From positions 7,194,001 to 7,258,000 of the forward strand of contig NC_087249.1 in assembly GCF_037042905.1 (NCBI RefSeq): a DNA stretch of 64,000 nucleotides, read 5' to 3'. Numbering within the stretch: the first letter of the stretch is position 1; every line of letters begins with the position of its first letter. Shown piece by piece: positions 10,605 to 21,854 of the stretch. The notes beneath the pieces are model-generated. The model did not search any database, was not told where the DNA came from, and saw only the letters and a list, made by a program, of their open reading frames with translations. Origin of the DNA: Lytechinus pictus (taxonomy: Eukaryota). The translations under genes were made by a program, and so were the position numbers.

Positions 10605-10781
10605 AGAAGTCGCAGAAGCGGGGGGGGGGGGGGACTGAGGGCTTCAGCCCCTCACTTTTTTCCAAAACCGTGTACAAAAACGTAAAAATGACCATATGAT
10701 TGTGATTTTTTGCATGGTCAGCCTCACCACTTTTGGCTCAGCCCCCCCCCCCCCACTTTGAAAACCGTTCCGCGGCCCCTG
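10605..10781. mobile_element. Short poly-G/poly-C MITE ending ...CCGTTCCGCGGCCCCTG
   Basis: Near-identical sequence at 13275-13415 and a diverged copy at 13613-13758. Confidence 0.7.
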
Positions 10782-10884
10782 ATATGCACACCCCCTTGAA
10801 ATAATCATGCACTGTAAGAACGATGCATAAATTTTTAAGCACGTTGTTTAAGCCCGTCACTCTATAACAACAATTGTTTAAACT

Positions 10885-11045
10885 CTTTTCTCTCTTCTTT
10901 CTTTCTTTTTTTTTCTTTGTTATTTCTTTTTTTTTTCTCGTTTTTTTCTTTCTTTCTTTCTCTCTTTCTTTCTTATCTTCATTATTTCTTCCATTATTAA
11001 TTTCCCTTTTTTCATTTTGGTTTTTCAGTCTCTTTCTTTCGTTCT

Positions 11046-11105
<60 letters not shown>

Positions 11106-11150
11106 TCAGTCTTTCTTTCTTTGTTTTTAAGTTCTTTCTTTCTTTCTTTC
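10885..11150. repeat. (CTTT)n / T-rich pyrimidine microsatellite
   Basis: Directly visible. Confidence 0.9.
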
Positions 11151-12177
11151 TCCGTTATTTAACTTTTCTCTATTATAGCAATCAAGAATGTAGTTCCTGA
11201 CCAAAATCATATTTACGAGTTTCATGTCCTGGACCAAGGTGGAAGAAAAACGGCATATAAAAGAAAAGGTTAAATGCTTTTTGTTTGCGAGGGAAGAAGC
11301 AACAAAACAAATGACAATTTGATATGCGACAAACTACTTTTCCTGTCCATTTTCTCCATGTCATAATTATAATGCCTATTTATAGTTTTACGTTTGGTGT
11401 CTATCCCGTCTGCCCCCCCCCCTCCCTCTCTCATGATATAATTATACTGTATATTCCTCTCTGCTTCTCTCTATCTCGATCACCCACAGCAAAGGTTCTT
11501 ACACAATTTTACTCATTTCGGTGAGCTAAAAGAAATTTGCGATGGAGGCGCACGACCCCTATGACAATATCTTTATTTCCGTGATAAAGAAAGAACATCT
11601 ATATTCTGTGTTGAGATAATTATCCTACATTTCCTGATGATGATTCTGTCAACTACTGTATATGCAGACTCACACTCCCTCGGGATTTGTAGGAAATACT
11701 AATTGTCACTTTCGACCTTCTCCCACTTGTATTATGCAGTGCAGACCCACCCGAGAGACCCATTTACTAATCTATTCAGTCAAACATATTAATATGTGCA
11801 GAATCTTATTTGCATGGTTTGGGCAGGAATATTGTTTAATTGCAATGAATAGTCAGGCCTGGGGCGGAGCCAGGGGTCTTTTTTTGTAAGGAGGGGGGGG
11901 GGGGCAAAATTACATCAATTATACTTTTTTTCCCTCGGTTGAATATCAAAGGTAATATAAATTAATGAGACTCTCATTTTCATCCTCTTTTTTCTTCTGT
12001 ATCTTCCCCGCTCTCCTTCTTTTGCCCTTTTTTCATTAGATGGAACAAACATATAGGGGCGCTCACCCCTTGCCTCTCCCCCTTCCCCATGTGACACCTC
12101 CCTAGCTGTGAATAGTGGTAACTTTACAAAGTGACATAATTATATAGACCCATTAATAGTTTCTAATAAAAAAATTC

Positions 12178-12470
12178 AATAATGAATGAATGAATGAATG
12201 AATGAATGGATGAATGAATGAATGCATGAATGCATGAATGAATGAATGAATGGATGAATGAATGAATGCATGAATGCATGAATGAATGCATGAATGCATG
12301 CATGAATGAATGCATGAATGAATGAATGCATGAATGAATGAATGAATGCATGAATGAATGAATGAATGAATGAATGAATGAATGAACGAATGAACGAATG
12401 AATGAATGAATGAACGAATGAATGAATGAAATGATTGACTGAATAAATGAATACATACTTGAATAAATAA
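12178..12470. repeat. (AATG)n microsatellite with CATG and AACG variant units
   Basis: Directly visible. Confidence 0.95.
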
Positions 12471-12844
12471 ATTAATATGATTATAAATACGTAGATAAAT
12501 AAATGAATGAATAAAAAATAAATGAATAAAACATTGGATGGTGTATTTTGAGTTCGTTGCCTAAAAAATGTTTGCATAATTTCTTAATGTATCTTTTGAC
12601 AAAGACAATACTAAAATCAAGACAATTGTGAATATTCTGAAGAATCCCCCGTTTCGCTTGTTTCTTGGATACCAGGTAAATGCTCAGAAAAATGAGGTTG
12701 GTTAAAATTTTAACTCTCTTTACATAATGACCTATGATCAACAGTTGATCAACACGAAATTAAACGAATAGGAATTTTACTTAACCAAGACTTGTTATAA
12801 GTTTATATATTATTGCAATGTAGTCTGGTTCATTTCTTCTTTTT

Positions 12845-12975
12845 GAGGCCGCCATCAATTTCAAGCTCGAAGCTTAAGATGGCGGTCTCCCATAATTATT
12901 TCAAATGTTTTATGTCGTTATACTTTCTTCTTTTATGCTCTTGTTTCAATAATTCAAAATAATAATTCAAATGAA
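12845..12975 (+). mobile_element. LINE-type 3' end with GC hairpin (GAGGCCGCCATC...GATGGCGGTCTC)
   Basis: Reverse-complement copies at ~18982-19825 (interrupted) and ~33830-34060; AT-rich simple-repeat tail; LINE origin is inferred. Confidence 0.55.
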
Positions 12976-14410
12976 ATATATCACTATATCAACGTGACAT
13001 GCAGGTTAACAAATTTCTGAGAGTGCATGGCACAAATAGTTATTCGCACTTACAAAGTATAGTGAGATCTCGATACATCGCTTTGACAAGCTAAATATAG
13101 GAAGGACTTTTTTTTTTCAATGTTAAGAAACAATTATTATCAAACATTTGGCATGATTGTTCTGATCTAAATAAACAGGGATAAGTAAGTGTTTATAATT
13201 TAACTCTCTCATTACACTTAGTTTATTCTGCATTAATTGATGATAACTTAAAGTCAAATATGATGATTAAGTAAATCAGCCCCCCCCACTTTTTTTTCCA
13301 AAACCGTGTACAAAAACGTAAAAATGACCTGATTGTGATTGTTTGCATGGTCAGCCCCCCCCCATTCTTGGCTCAGCCCCCCCCCCCCACTTTGGAAACC
13401 GTTCCGCGGCCCCTGTAAATGACAGAGTTTTGATTCCTTCCATATACATAATTACATTTTATACATTCATTGTTTTTGTACTATATTCATGATATTATTG
13501 ATTTTTATATTTTAAATGAAAATGACTGAAATGTCAATCAGAAGAGAACAAACTATTGAATTGAATTGAATTGATTACAATACATTAGTTCTATCGATGC
13601 AAGTTAATATCATTGGCCGCAGAACCATGGGTTGGGGCTTCAGCCCAGACCCCTTGTCAGTAACTATATACAAAAAATTGAAAATAACCAATAAAGTGTG
13701 ATTTTATGCATGTCATCACCACCCCCCTCCCCCCTTCGAAATCGTTCCGCGGCCCCTGATCATAGACATGATAATATAAGGCGCGAATGGATTTAGGTAT
13801 AAGCTAATACGAATTGTCATACCTCTTCTCTTTTTTTCTCCCTCATTTTTTAGTGCATGTCGTCAAAACACTTTTGATAATGCATATACAACACATTTTT
13901 TATGAAATGATTACATTTACAATACTAGGGCGATCAAAGATTGTGCGTGATGTTATTGCTCTCCTTCAAAATTCTGACAATATAACGTCATTCCTTGGCA
14001 ATAATGGATCGTTTTGCATCCTATTTTGTATTTTAAACTTTGTAATTGTCTGACAGGTAGACCAACGTAAGATGTCTCGACATGATTTGTAAATACCAAC
14101 ATCAACCAGACTGCTTCAGACCTTTCAAGATTTGAGAAAGTCCTACTTGCATATGGTCCAATCTTGAAATGCGAAACAACTCGTGCAGAAAGGAAGCTCG
14201 AATCGACTAGTATACAAATTGCACAATTCAGCTTACCATTTGCGAACCAGACGGCTCAATGCAAATTTGACGAGGGGCATTCAAGACAGATCTAAAATCT
14301 GTATTTATTTTCATACATTGTTTCTTAAAAGATCCTTGAAGAGTTGCAGTCACTTACATTATGTTAATTTCGATAATCTTTGCTGCATCGAATGAGTTTG
14401 CAAAATGCCA

Positions 14411-14598
14411 CTGGCGGATCCAGGGCGGGCACCCCCCCCCCCCTTGAGAGGCATAATCAAAATTTCTATTGTAAATTTGCCGTTCTTGTGTGCCCCCCCC
14501 TTGAAAGCGAGGACATTTAGCGAGGACATTTATTTTTGGCTTTTTAAATTTTCGGGAAACTGTGCCCACCCCCCTTTGGAAAATCCTGGATCCGCCAG
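14411..14598. mobile_element. Short MITE with TIR CTGGCGGATCCAGG
   Basis: CTGGCGGATCCAGG ... CCTGGATCCGCCAG; related elements at ~14987-15285, ~19933-20124, ~25318-25535 and ~31246-31465. Confidence 0.75.
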
Positions 14599-16419
14599 AA
14601 CAGAATCGTAAACAAGTAACTAACATTTATGTCACAGTATTTTCAAATATTTCATATACAAAACATATTTTCTGTCAGATAAAATGTTCAATATATACAG
14701 CATACAGCATGTAAAGAGCATTCATTTTCTGTCAGACAGAATTTTCTTTTAATATATTGCGTGAAGCGGACATCCATCTTATTTTGATGTAAAAGACGGA
14801 GAGAAAACAAACTCGCTGAAAAAAATGAAAACATTTTGTTTCCCGTGTTAAGCTCGAAATAAAATCTGAACCCGAAACTTGAATGGGATAAACAAAACAT
14901 TATATGTCATATATAAGACGTGATTGCTATATTTCAGATTTACTTTAGAAAAGCATGCAGGTTAAGTTCTCACTTACTTTCAAATAAGCGGATCCGGGAG
15001 GGGTAATGGTCTTATGGTCTACCCCCCCCCCCCCCGTTTCGGTTCCCCAAACTGCAACTAAGAGAGAGGGCGGGAGAGAACCGAATATGCCTTTATTTTG
15101 GGTGTGATGACTTTTCTTTTCAGTCTCTTTCTGGCGACCAAACGTCCTTAATTTTTGAACGATGACCCCCCCCCCTTTTTTTTTGTGGTGGGGGAGGCTT
15201 GTCAAATATTTAGGAAAAAACGTATCCATAGGGTCTAAAATCAATTATTCAAACCCCCTCTTAGCAAAACGCTAGATCCGCTACTGATCAGAATGATGAA
15301 AAAATAGGAAAGGTTAAGCTTTTTAATTTAATTTGTTTTGATAAAACATTTGTTATTCACATAATCATGATAGTAGGAAAATGCAAATGACCGTCGATAA
15401 AAACTGACGATTTAAAACAACTCACTTTTCTCTTTGCTATTCTAGTATTTGATATTTTTGTTTTTCAATTTTTGGATATGTAAAACATGCCTTTCACTAA
15501 ATCACAATAAATATAATGATATAACTTTATATGTTCCATGGAAAACTAAACCAATAGTTATACATGCATTGTAGGAAAAAGAGAAAATATTTCTATTATG
15601 CAGTGTGTTGAACCATCGATCAGATATTAGACCAAATTTTTCAGTGTTATTATGATTGTTTGATTTATTGTTTGATTCCAATCAACTTTTTGTTGGGGTG
15701 TACTTGACCTTGAATTTTGATTTGTATTTCAGGAGGGGGGGGGGACAATTTTGAGATTTCTATGTGCCCCTCCCGGCCTCCCGTACAACCACCAAAACTG
15801 TTAACCAGTGTATTGCACATAGAGAACGATGCACGCAAGTTATTTTACCTCTATTTTACACCCATGAGTGTTATAACAACACGTTTGGTTATTATTCTAG
15901 CATTCATTGTATTGGTGTTATGTCCAACTCTATAGGGTGTAAGTTTATTACCTATGGATGTGTGACCTAGAAAGACACCAACTGGGGTCGCTGTTAACAC
16001 TCAGGGTTTTAGAGTTCACCCTCTTCACTATACCACATAGCTTTCATAGAGGCGTGACCTTTTTAAATCACTATCTCAAAGTAATATACGTCGAATTGGA
16101 AATGTCTTTTATTCCCGATTTTTGGCGGGAAAGTCGTTAAAGTTTGGGAAATAAAACTATCCATGCATAACAAGGAATCATTTGAGACATGTTCTACGGA
16201 TGAGACACATACAAATAATTTTTCTACCTAGGGGTTTGGATTTATTTGATTTATTATTTTTTTCATTAAATTGATTTCTTCGCCCCCTCGTCTTGGGCAC
16301 CCATGATGAAAACTTCTGGCTACCTTAATAGTTGAAGAAAACATATATAGCTTGGAAAATGTGAGACGAGAGAGGGGGAAACAAGACGGGGACAAAATAA
16401 AAGAAGAGGAAGGAAAGGG

Positions 16420-16590
16420 ATAAGCAAGAAGAAGAAGGAGGAAGAAGAGAAGAAGAAGGAGGAGAAAGAAGTAGAAGAAGGAGGAAAAAGAAGAAGAAGA
16501 AGACGAAGAAGAAGAAGAAGAAGAAGGAGAAGAAGAAGAAGAAGAAGAAGAAGGAGGAGGAGGAGGAGAAGAAGAACAAGAACAACAGCA
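16420..16590. repeat. (GAA)n/(GGA)n purine microsatellite just upstream of the gene 2 promoter
   Basis: Directly visible. Confidence 0.9.
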
Positions 16591-16779
16591 ACAAACTGAC
16601 CATAATAAATATATTTAAAAAATGGAAGACATGGACATAAATAAAGAATGAGATGGAGAATTATGTCAAAGTCAAGTGAAAAGAGAAGCGAGGATAATTA
16701 TGGACCGAAAGTAAGTAAGAAGAGAGAGATGACGAATAAAGGGAGAGCGACATTGTCGGTGATCAGTGACGAAGAGGTC

Positions 16780-17050
16780 TGGCACGCGTGTATTGAAATA
16801 GCACACCGAAACGATCGAACGGATTGGTGAAAGGTTGTCAGAAGGGCGTGGCCACACGAGACGCTGATTCATGCGATTGGCTGGAAGTGTGACGAATGAT
16901 ACGCCTCGTTGCTGATTGACAGTTCCGCTAAACGAGACACGATTGGCTGAATACCATGAGATGCGAAGGCAGACTGATCCATTCAGTCGGGAGGGGGACG
17001 TCAAATCAAAATACCTCGATGTTTTAGGTCGCTTCCATTTACGCAGTGCA
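16780..17050 (+). promoter_or_regulatory. Probable proximal promoter of the IB-domain gene
   Basis: Three reverse CCAAT boxes (ATTGG at 16823, 16876, 16942), perfect Pbx/Prep-Meis decamer TGATTGACAG (16913-16922), KLF/SP-like GGGCGTGG (~16844), CRE-like GACGTCA (~16997), CpG-rich relative to flanks. Confidence 0.6.
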
Positions 17051-17915
17051 TCGTGTTGGCGGAGAAACCGTCGTAATTTCCTCCTCGAACGTGACAAATT
17101 ACCCATTTCGGTTTGGTTGATAACCGCGGTCTAGATATACAAAGCAATATAATTATCAATGGACTATGACTGGCTGGCTACACGGAGGAGACGAATTCCC
17201 ACCTTAGAACATTAACCTATTAACATAATTGCTGGTAGAAATGTTCTTCTTTGGAAGCAATTCAGGTTTCCAAGAGCATAAAATTCACCACTACAGGAGA
17301 AGTTGAAACATATTGTAGTTGCTCATTTTCAGGAACATGCCTTCGATTGTCTCATCTCTGGACGAAAGCTTCTTGGTATTCTTGGCCATTATAGGAACAC
17401 CGATACTGCCAGAACAGATACGGAATAACCAATAAAACTGGAAACGATTAAAACGTTTTCTTGAAATTTAATGCGTTTCTTATTGCTTGCTTCGCCTAAT
17501 CGGTCGGGTCAGTAACCCGTAACGCAATTCAACTTTCTGTGAATTCCACTCCTCCATTCTACATCAAATTCAAGAAGCTTTTAAACATCAACCGATGTTG
17601 TTTCACCACCTCTTGAGTTCCACAGTATCATCAAACCAATGGCCAGGAGCATCACTTTATAAAGGCCCTAAAGCAAAGAACCAACATTACCTGAGCATCG
17701 CTTTTGAATCCCAATATTGACTTTGATTATTTGAGTTTCGTCTGACTACTAGTCGTTGACAAACACACCAACAAGTGGAACGCTACTTATTGTTTCTTCC
17801 CTACGTCAATATTATCGTGTGGAAGCGGTCGTAAAACGGAAAGGAGAACTTTCTCTTCCGAAAGGTGGAAATATCTCACTACCCATAAATTATAAGTTTC
17901 CTCAGTGTAAAAAAA

Positions 17916-18390
17916 ATGAATCCTGTAGCTAGCATACAGAGTATATTTCCTTTGGTTATTTTATCGATATTTGGGTCGTTCGCGCTGTCGCAGCAGGCGG
18001 ATACGTCGAGGCAAACGAGGCACGCGAGGGGTACTGCGGGGGACACCGAGTTGGAGAAGTTACAGCTGACCGAGGAAGAACTCTTGCAGGACCTCGAAGA
18101 CCTCCACCGCCTTGTTCGGCGAGGAGCCGAGGACTTGACCAGCCTAAATTGCCCTCCGTGTGAGAGGCTCCACTGTAGCCCCAAGAAGGCATCCAAGCTC
18201 ATCTGCAAGGGCGAGATCACGTTGGGAGTGTGTAACTGTTGCCCGAGATGCGCCAAAGTTGAAGGGGAGAGCTGCGGAGGAAAGTGGGATTATCTTGGAC
18301 GGTGTGAGTCGGGATCAGAATGCGTGCCAGACACCAGTACAGCAATACAGATCCATAGTCAGCCTCAGGGAGTATGCAGAAGAAGATTAA
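17916..18390 (+). CDS. Coding exon 1 of a secreted IGFBP N-terminal (IB)-domain protein (CRIM1/IGFBP-rP-like): signal peptide, furin-flanked acidic segment, 12-Cys IB domain
   Basis: ORF with signal peptide (res 1-25) and CPPC..HC..C..GVCNCCPRCAKVEGESCGG..YLGRC..G..C..GVC IB signature; donor A|GTGAGT at 18391, phase 1. Confidence 0.9.
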
Positions 18391-19201
18391 GTGAGTATAA
18401 TTATTTCTACCAATTAAAAAAGCAAAACAAATAGACAAATCTGAATCTTTTAACAACGTTTGAATAGGAAATGAAATTAAAAAAACACGCACACACAAAA
18501 CAAACAAATTATGTTTGAATCACAAGAAGATGATTGTGCGCAGTAATCTGTGTCAAGCTCGAAGTTGAGATGGGTTAAGATATTTCCGTCTAAAAAAGTC
18601 TTTATCATGGATCCTCGAATTATATTAGGCCTATCAAGATCCCCAAAATGTATAGTCAATAATGATCATGGCCGTATGCAGATTTTTTTTCCTGGGGGGG
18701 GGGGGGGGGGAGGGGGGGGGGGGCAGGACGTTTAATTTTTTTTAAAAGAAACTCGAAAGCGAGGGAGCAAAGCGACCAAGCTTGTCACTGGGGCGATTTT
18801 GCATTTTCCAAAGTGAAATTATGGGAATGTTTTTGTACACTTTTGGTGAATATTGTGAAAATTTGTAGTAAAAAATTTTTTTTTTAGGAACTAAATGGTA
18901 ATACTAATTCATACTTGAATGATGACGTAATTCTGATATGATTGCACTTATAAACATATTTTGCTTATTATTATTATAACATGTTTGTTTGTTTTATTTT
19001 TATTTCTGCGTTCACAATACATTGTCAAAAACATTTACATTGTTTGCAATATACAAAATAATCTATAATGTATACAATATAAACATAAGACATAATTAGA
19101 ACAAAGAAAATGGTGTGAGCATAATTATACTTCACACTTTAATAATAATACAAAACAACATTAACAAATGAACGCAGGAGACCGCCATCGTGAGCGGTTA
19201 A

Positions 19202-19798
19202 AGGGGAATCCAAACCAAATAAAAACTTGTTTTTATAGGGAAAAGGAAAATCAGACAAGTTGATAGGTGAAAGTTTGAACAATATTGGACAAATAACAAG
19301 AAAGTTATGATTTTTTAAAAGTTGTAAATATGGGTAATCACTATACCCATGGAGCCTTCAAATTGGCCGCATAAGGGATGTCATAGTGATGTAAGGCAAG
19401 GACTACTCTTCCATGTACTCCAATACATATTATGGCTAAAATGTCATTTTTCCCAAAAGTTTTATTTCAAATTATATTTTTCTTTCATGAGGACATAAAA
19501 CAATATACTACCTCGGTTATATTTAGATTACTGCCCCGGGGGAATGGTTAATTAGGAGAAAACCACAAATCCCTTATAATAAAGTACATGGCCTATATGG
19601 GAAAGTTGTCCTTGCCCTTTGTCATAATTTACTTTCCCAGTTGCCAATTTGAAATCTACATAGTATTAGTGATCTCAATTTTAAAGCAGCTATAACTTTC
19701 TTATTGCTTGTCCGATTTCTTTCAAACTTTCACCATTTTGTTTGATTTATTTTTCTCCTTCCCAACACAACATTTCATGGCCAAGGCTGGATTCCCCT
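19202..19798. mobile_element. TTAA-site MITE (Kolobok-like, family K2) inserted in a LINE-type tail
   Basis: TIR AGGGGAATCCA / TGGATTCCCCT, TTAA on both sides; host continuous in the paralogue at ~34010-34060. Confidence 0.88.
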
Positions 19799-21739
19799 TT
19801 AAGCTTGAAATTGATGGCGGCCTCATGTACGACATATGTATTTGCACTCCCTCCAGTCTTCTGTGTCTGTAAACCCGTCATGTAAAACGAATTTCCTTAA
19901 TGGACAATAAATGAATAAATATATAAAATTCAAGTGACGGATCCACCATGCATGGAACGAAAAATATTAAAATTTTAAAATAACAAAACAGTTGTTAAAG
20001 AAAAAAATGGAGCCCCTGACGTCAATAAGGGAGGGGGGTGGGGCGGGGGTGAATAAGAATGATGAAATTTAGTTATGTGAAAAATTGAGTCCAACCACTC
20101 TGCTAAATCATAAATCCACCGCTGCTAAGAATCTGCTGGTGGCCTGAACTGTTTATCATAAGGCAGGTTTTACAGCTGTTTAAAACTTTATACAACACTC
20201 TATGAACCTCACAGTATTCTTTAACAGTTTTAAACAACCTTGTTTAATTTATTAGGGGAAAATATGAGAAGTTACACTTTCTTCCTTTTTAAAGATTTTA
20301 AATACTTGTTTAAACCGACAACCGCTAGGTTCATAGAGTAAAAAGCGTTGTATAAACCATTTAAACAACTTCTGTATGGTCCATGCAGTACGCAGCGTTG
20401 TATAAAAAAATAAACAGCGCTCTTATGCTGTGTATTTTAGAAATGTTATTATCAGCACCATTTTGTTTCTTCTACACAGCAAATACGTTGTTTAATTTTT
20501 TTATACAGCGCTGTGTACTATATGAATCTCATATTAGTTAAACAGTTTAAACAAGACAATGTATAAAATCTTAACAAGAAAGTTTTATTTTCAATACTTA
20601 ATTCTCAATATATTAAACATGCTTGTTCAAACTTTTGAACAACTACCGTACGATTCATTTAGTAAACAGCGTGTTCACTGTGTAATGCGTATTATAATAA
20701 ATGGATCATAGGCAAATCATATCTATCTTGGTTATCAAGGTCATTGAATCGTCCCCCTTAAAACTTTCCCTTGTTTCGCTGTTAAAGACATGCCATTCAT
20801 CTAGAAACCATTCGATTATAATAATTTTAATATCAATTTTAGAAACCTTACTGTTTCTTTTCCTTGATTAAGTAAAGTTACAAAAAAATAGAAATGTACT
20901 CGGGTTTAACACTTTCATTTCAGAATTAATGGGTAAATAGTAACATGGATGGCTCAACTCATGCAGGTAATTGGAATTATATATCGACCATCATCAGCTT
21001 ATTTTATTTAATGTTTTTCAGTGAAAATTAGTTATATAAGGATAATTTCAAGGGCGCAGATGTATTCCTTGCTATAAATAACAGTAATCATCATGGTTAT
21101 GGTGTTTTATGAGCCACTTATGCGGTTACAAGATAGTACATGCTATGTCTTTCAATATCTTTCTCAGTAACAACCTAATTATCAGTGTGGTTAAATGGAT
21201 TGAACATTACATTCCTCTGTCTTGTTAAGTGATGCGGGTTAAAACAACGCTTCAAATATTTATTTTTCTTTGCATTCATTAATATCGATTATGAAATATG
21301 TGATACTGATGAAATATCTGACCCGCATGAGAATACGATTCTTCGGTCCTTGTAAGATAATATTGTTTTATGACTTTTCCTTCTAATTAATTTGGACATG
21401 CTAAGAATTTCTTTAGTCTAAATGAAGTTTATTGAAATAATAAAATGAATATAATGAAATTTTAAAAAAATCCCCATTTCGTTTACGTGCATATTTCTTT
21501 ACATTTTTAAACGTTTACCGATATTGTGTTGAAATATATTTTAAAGATTTATTGCTTAAAATAACATCGTCGTGTAAATTTTACGTAATGTTATGTAAAA
21601 AAAAATACTTATAATTTCACCTAAACTTTTATTATATATAAAATTGAATTTTCCCTTTTGATTGTTTCATAGATTCATCAGCCTATGTAGATTGGTAAAG
21701 ATAATTGAGAGACTTGGGTATTGAGTGTATTCTATATAC

Positions 21740-21854
21740 ACTCTAAAAAAAGGTTTACCCAATATTTTGTAAATTTTACGCAATGTTGCGTAGAACATGC
21801 ATGTTCCCTTTCTACCCAATATTGGGTAAAGTTTTACTCAGTATTTTTAGAGTG
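21740..21854. mobile_element. Small CACT-terminated MITE (CMC/EnSpm-like termini)
   Basis: CACTCTAAAAA ... TTTTTAGAGTG with TA flanks; similar CAC..GTG elements at ~20474-20682, ~24276-24494, ~36970-37135 and ~57325-57627. Confidence 0.7.

Noticed and set aside
10874..12577. Phe/Leu/Ser-rich and (FIHS)n ORFs
   Set aside because: Translations of (CTTT)n and (AATG)n microsatellites
16325..17134. ORFs 16325-16603, 16672-17106 and 16916-17134
   Set aside because: Microsatellite translation or chance ORFs over a GC-richer promoter region; no domain or splice support
18391..18434. ORF tail SEYNYFYQLKKQNK* as the true C-terminus of a single-exon gene
   Set aside because: Follows a consensus GTGAGT donor, and a phase-compatible exon exists at 32946; an intron-retained short isoform cannot be excluded
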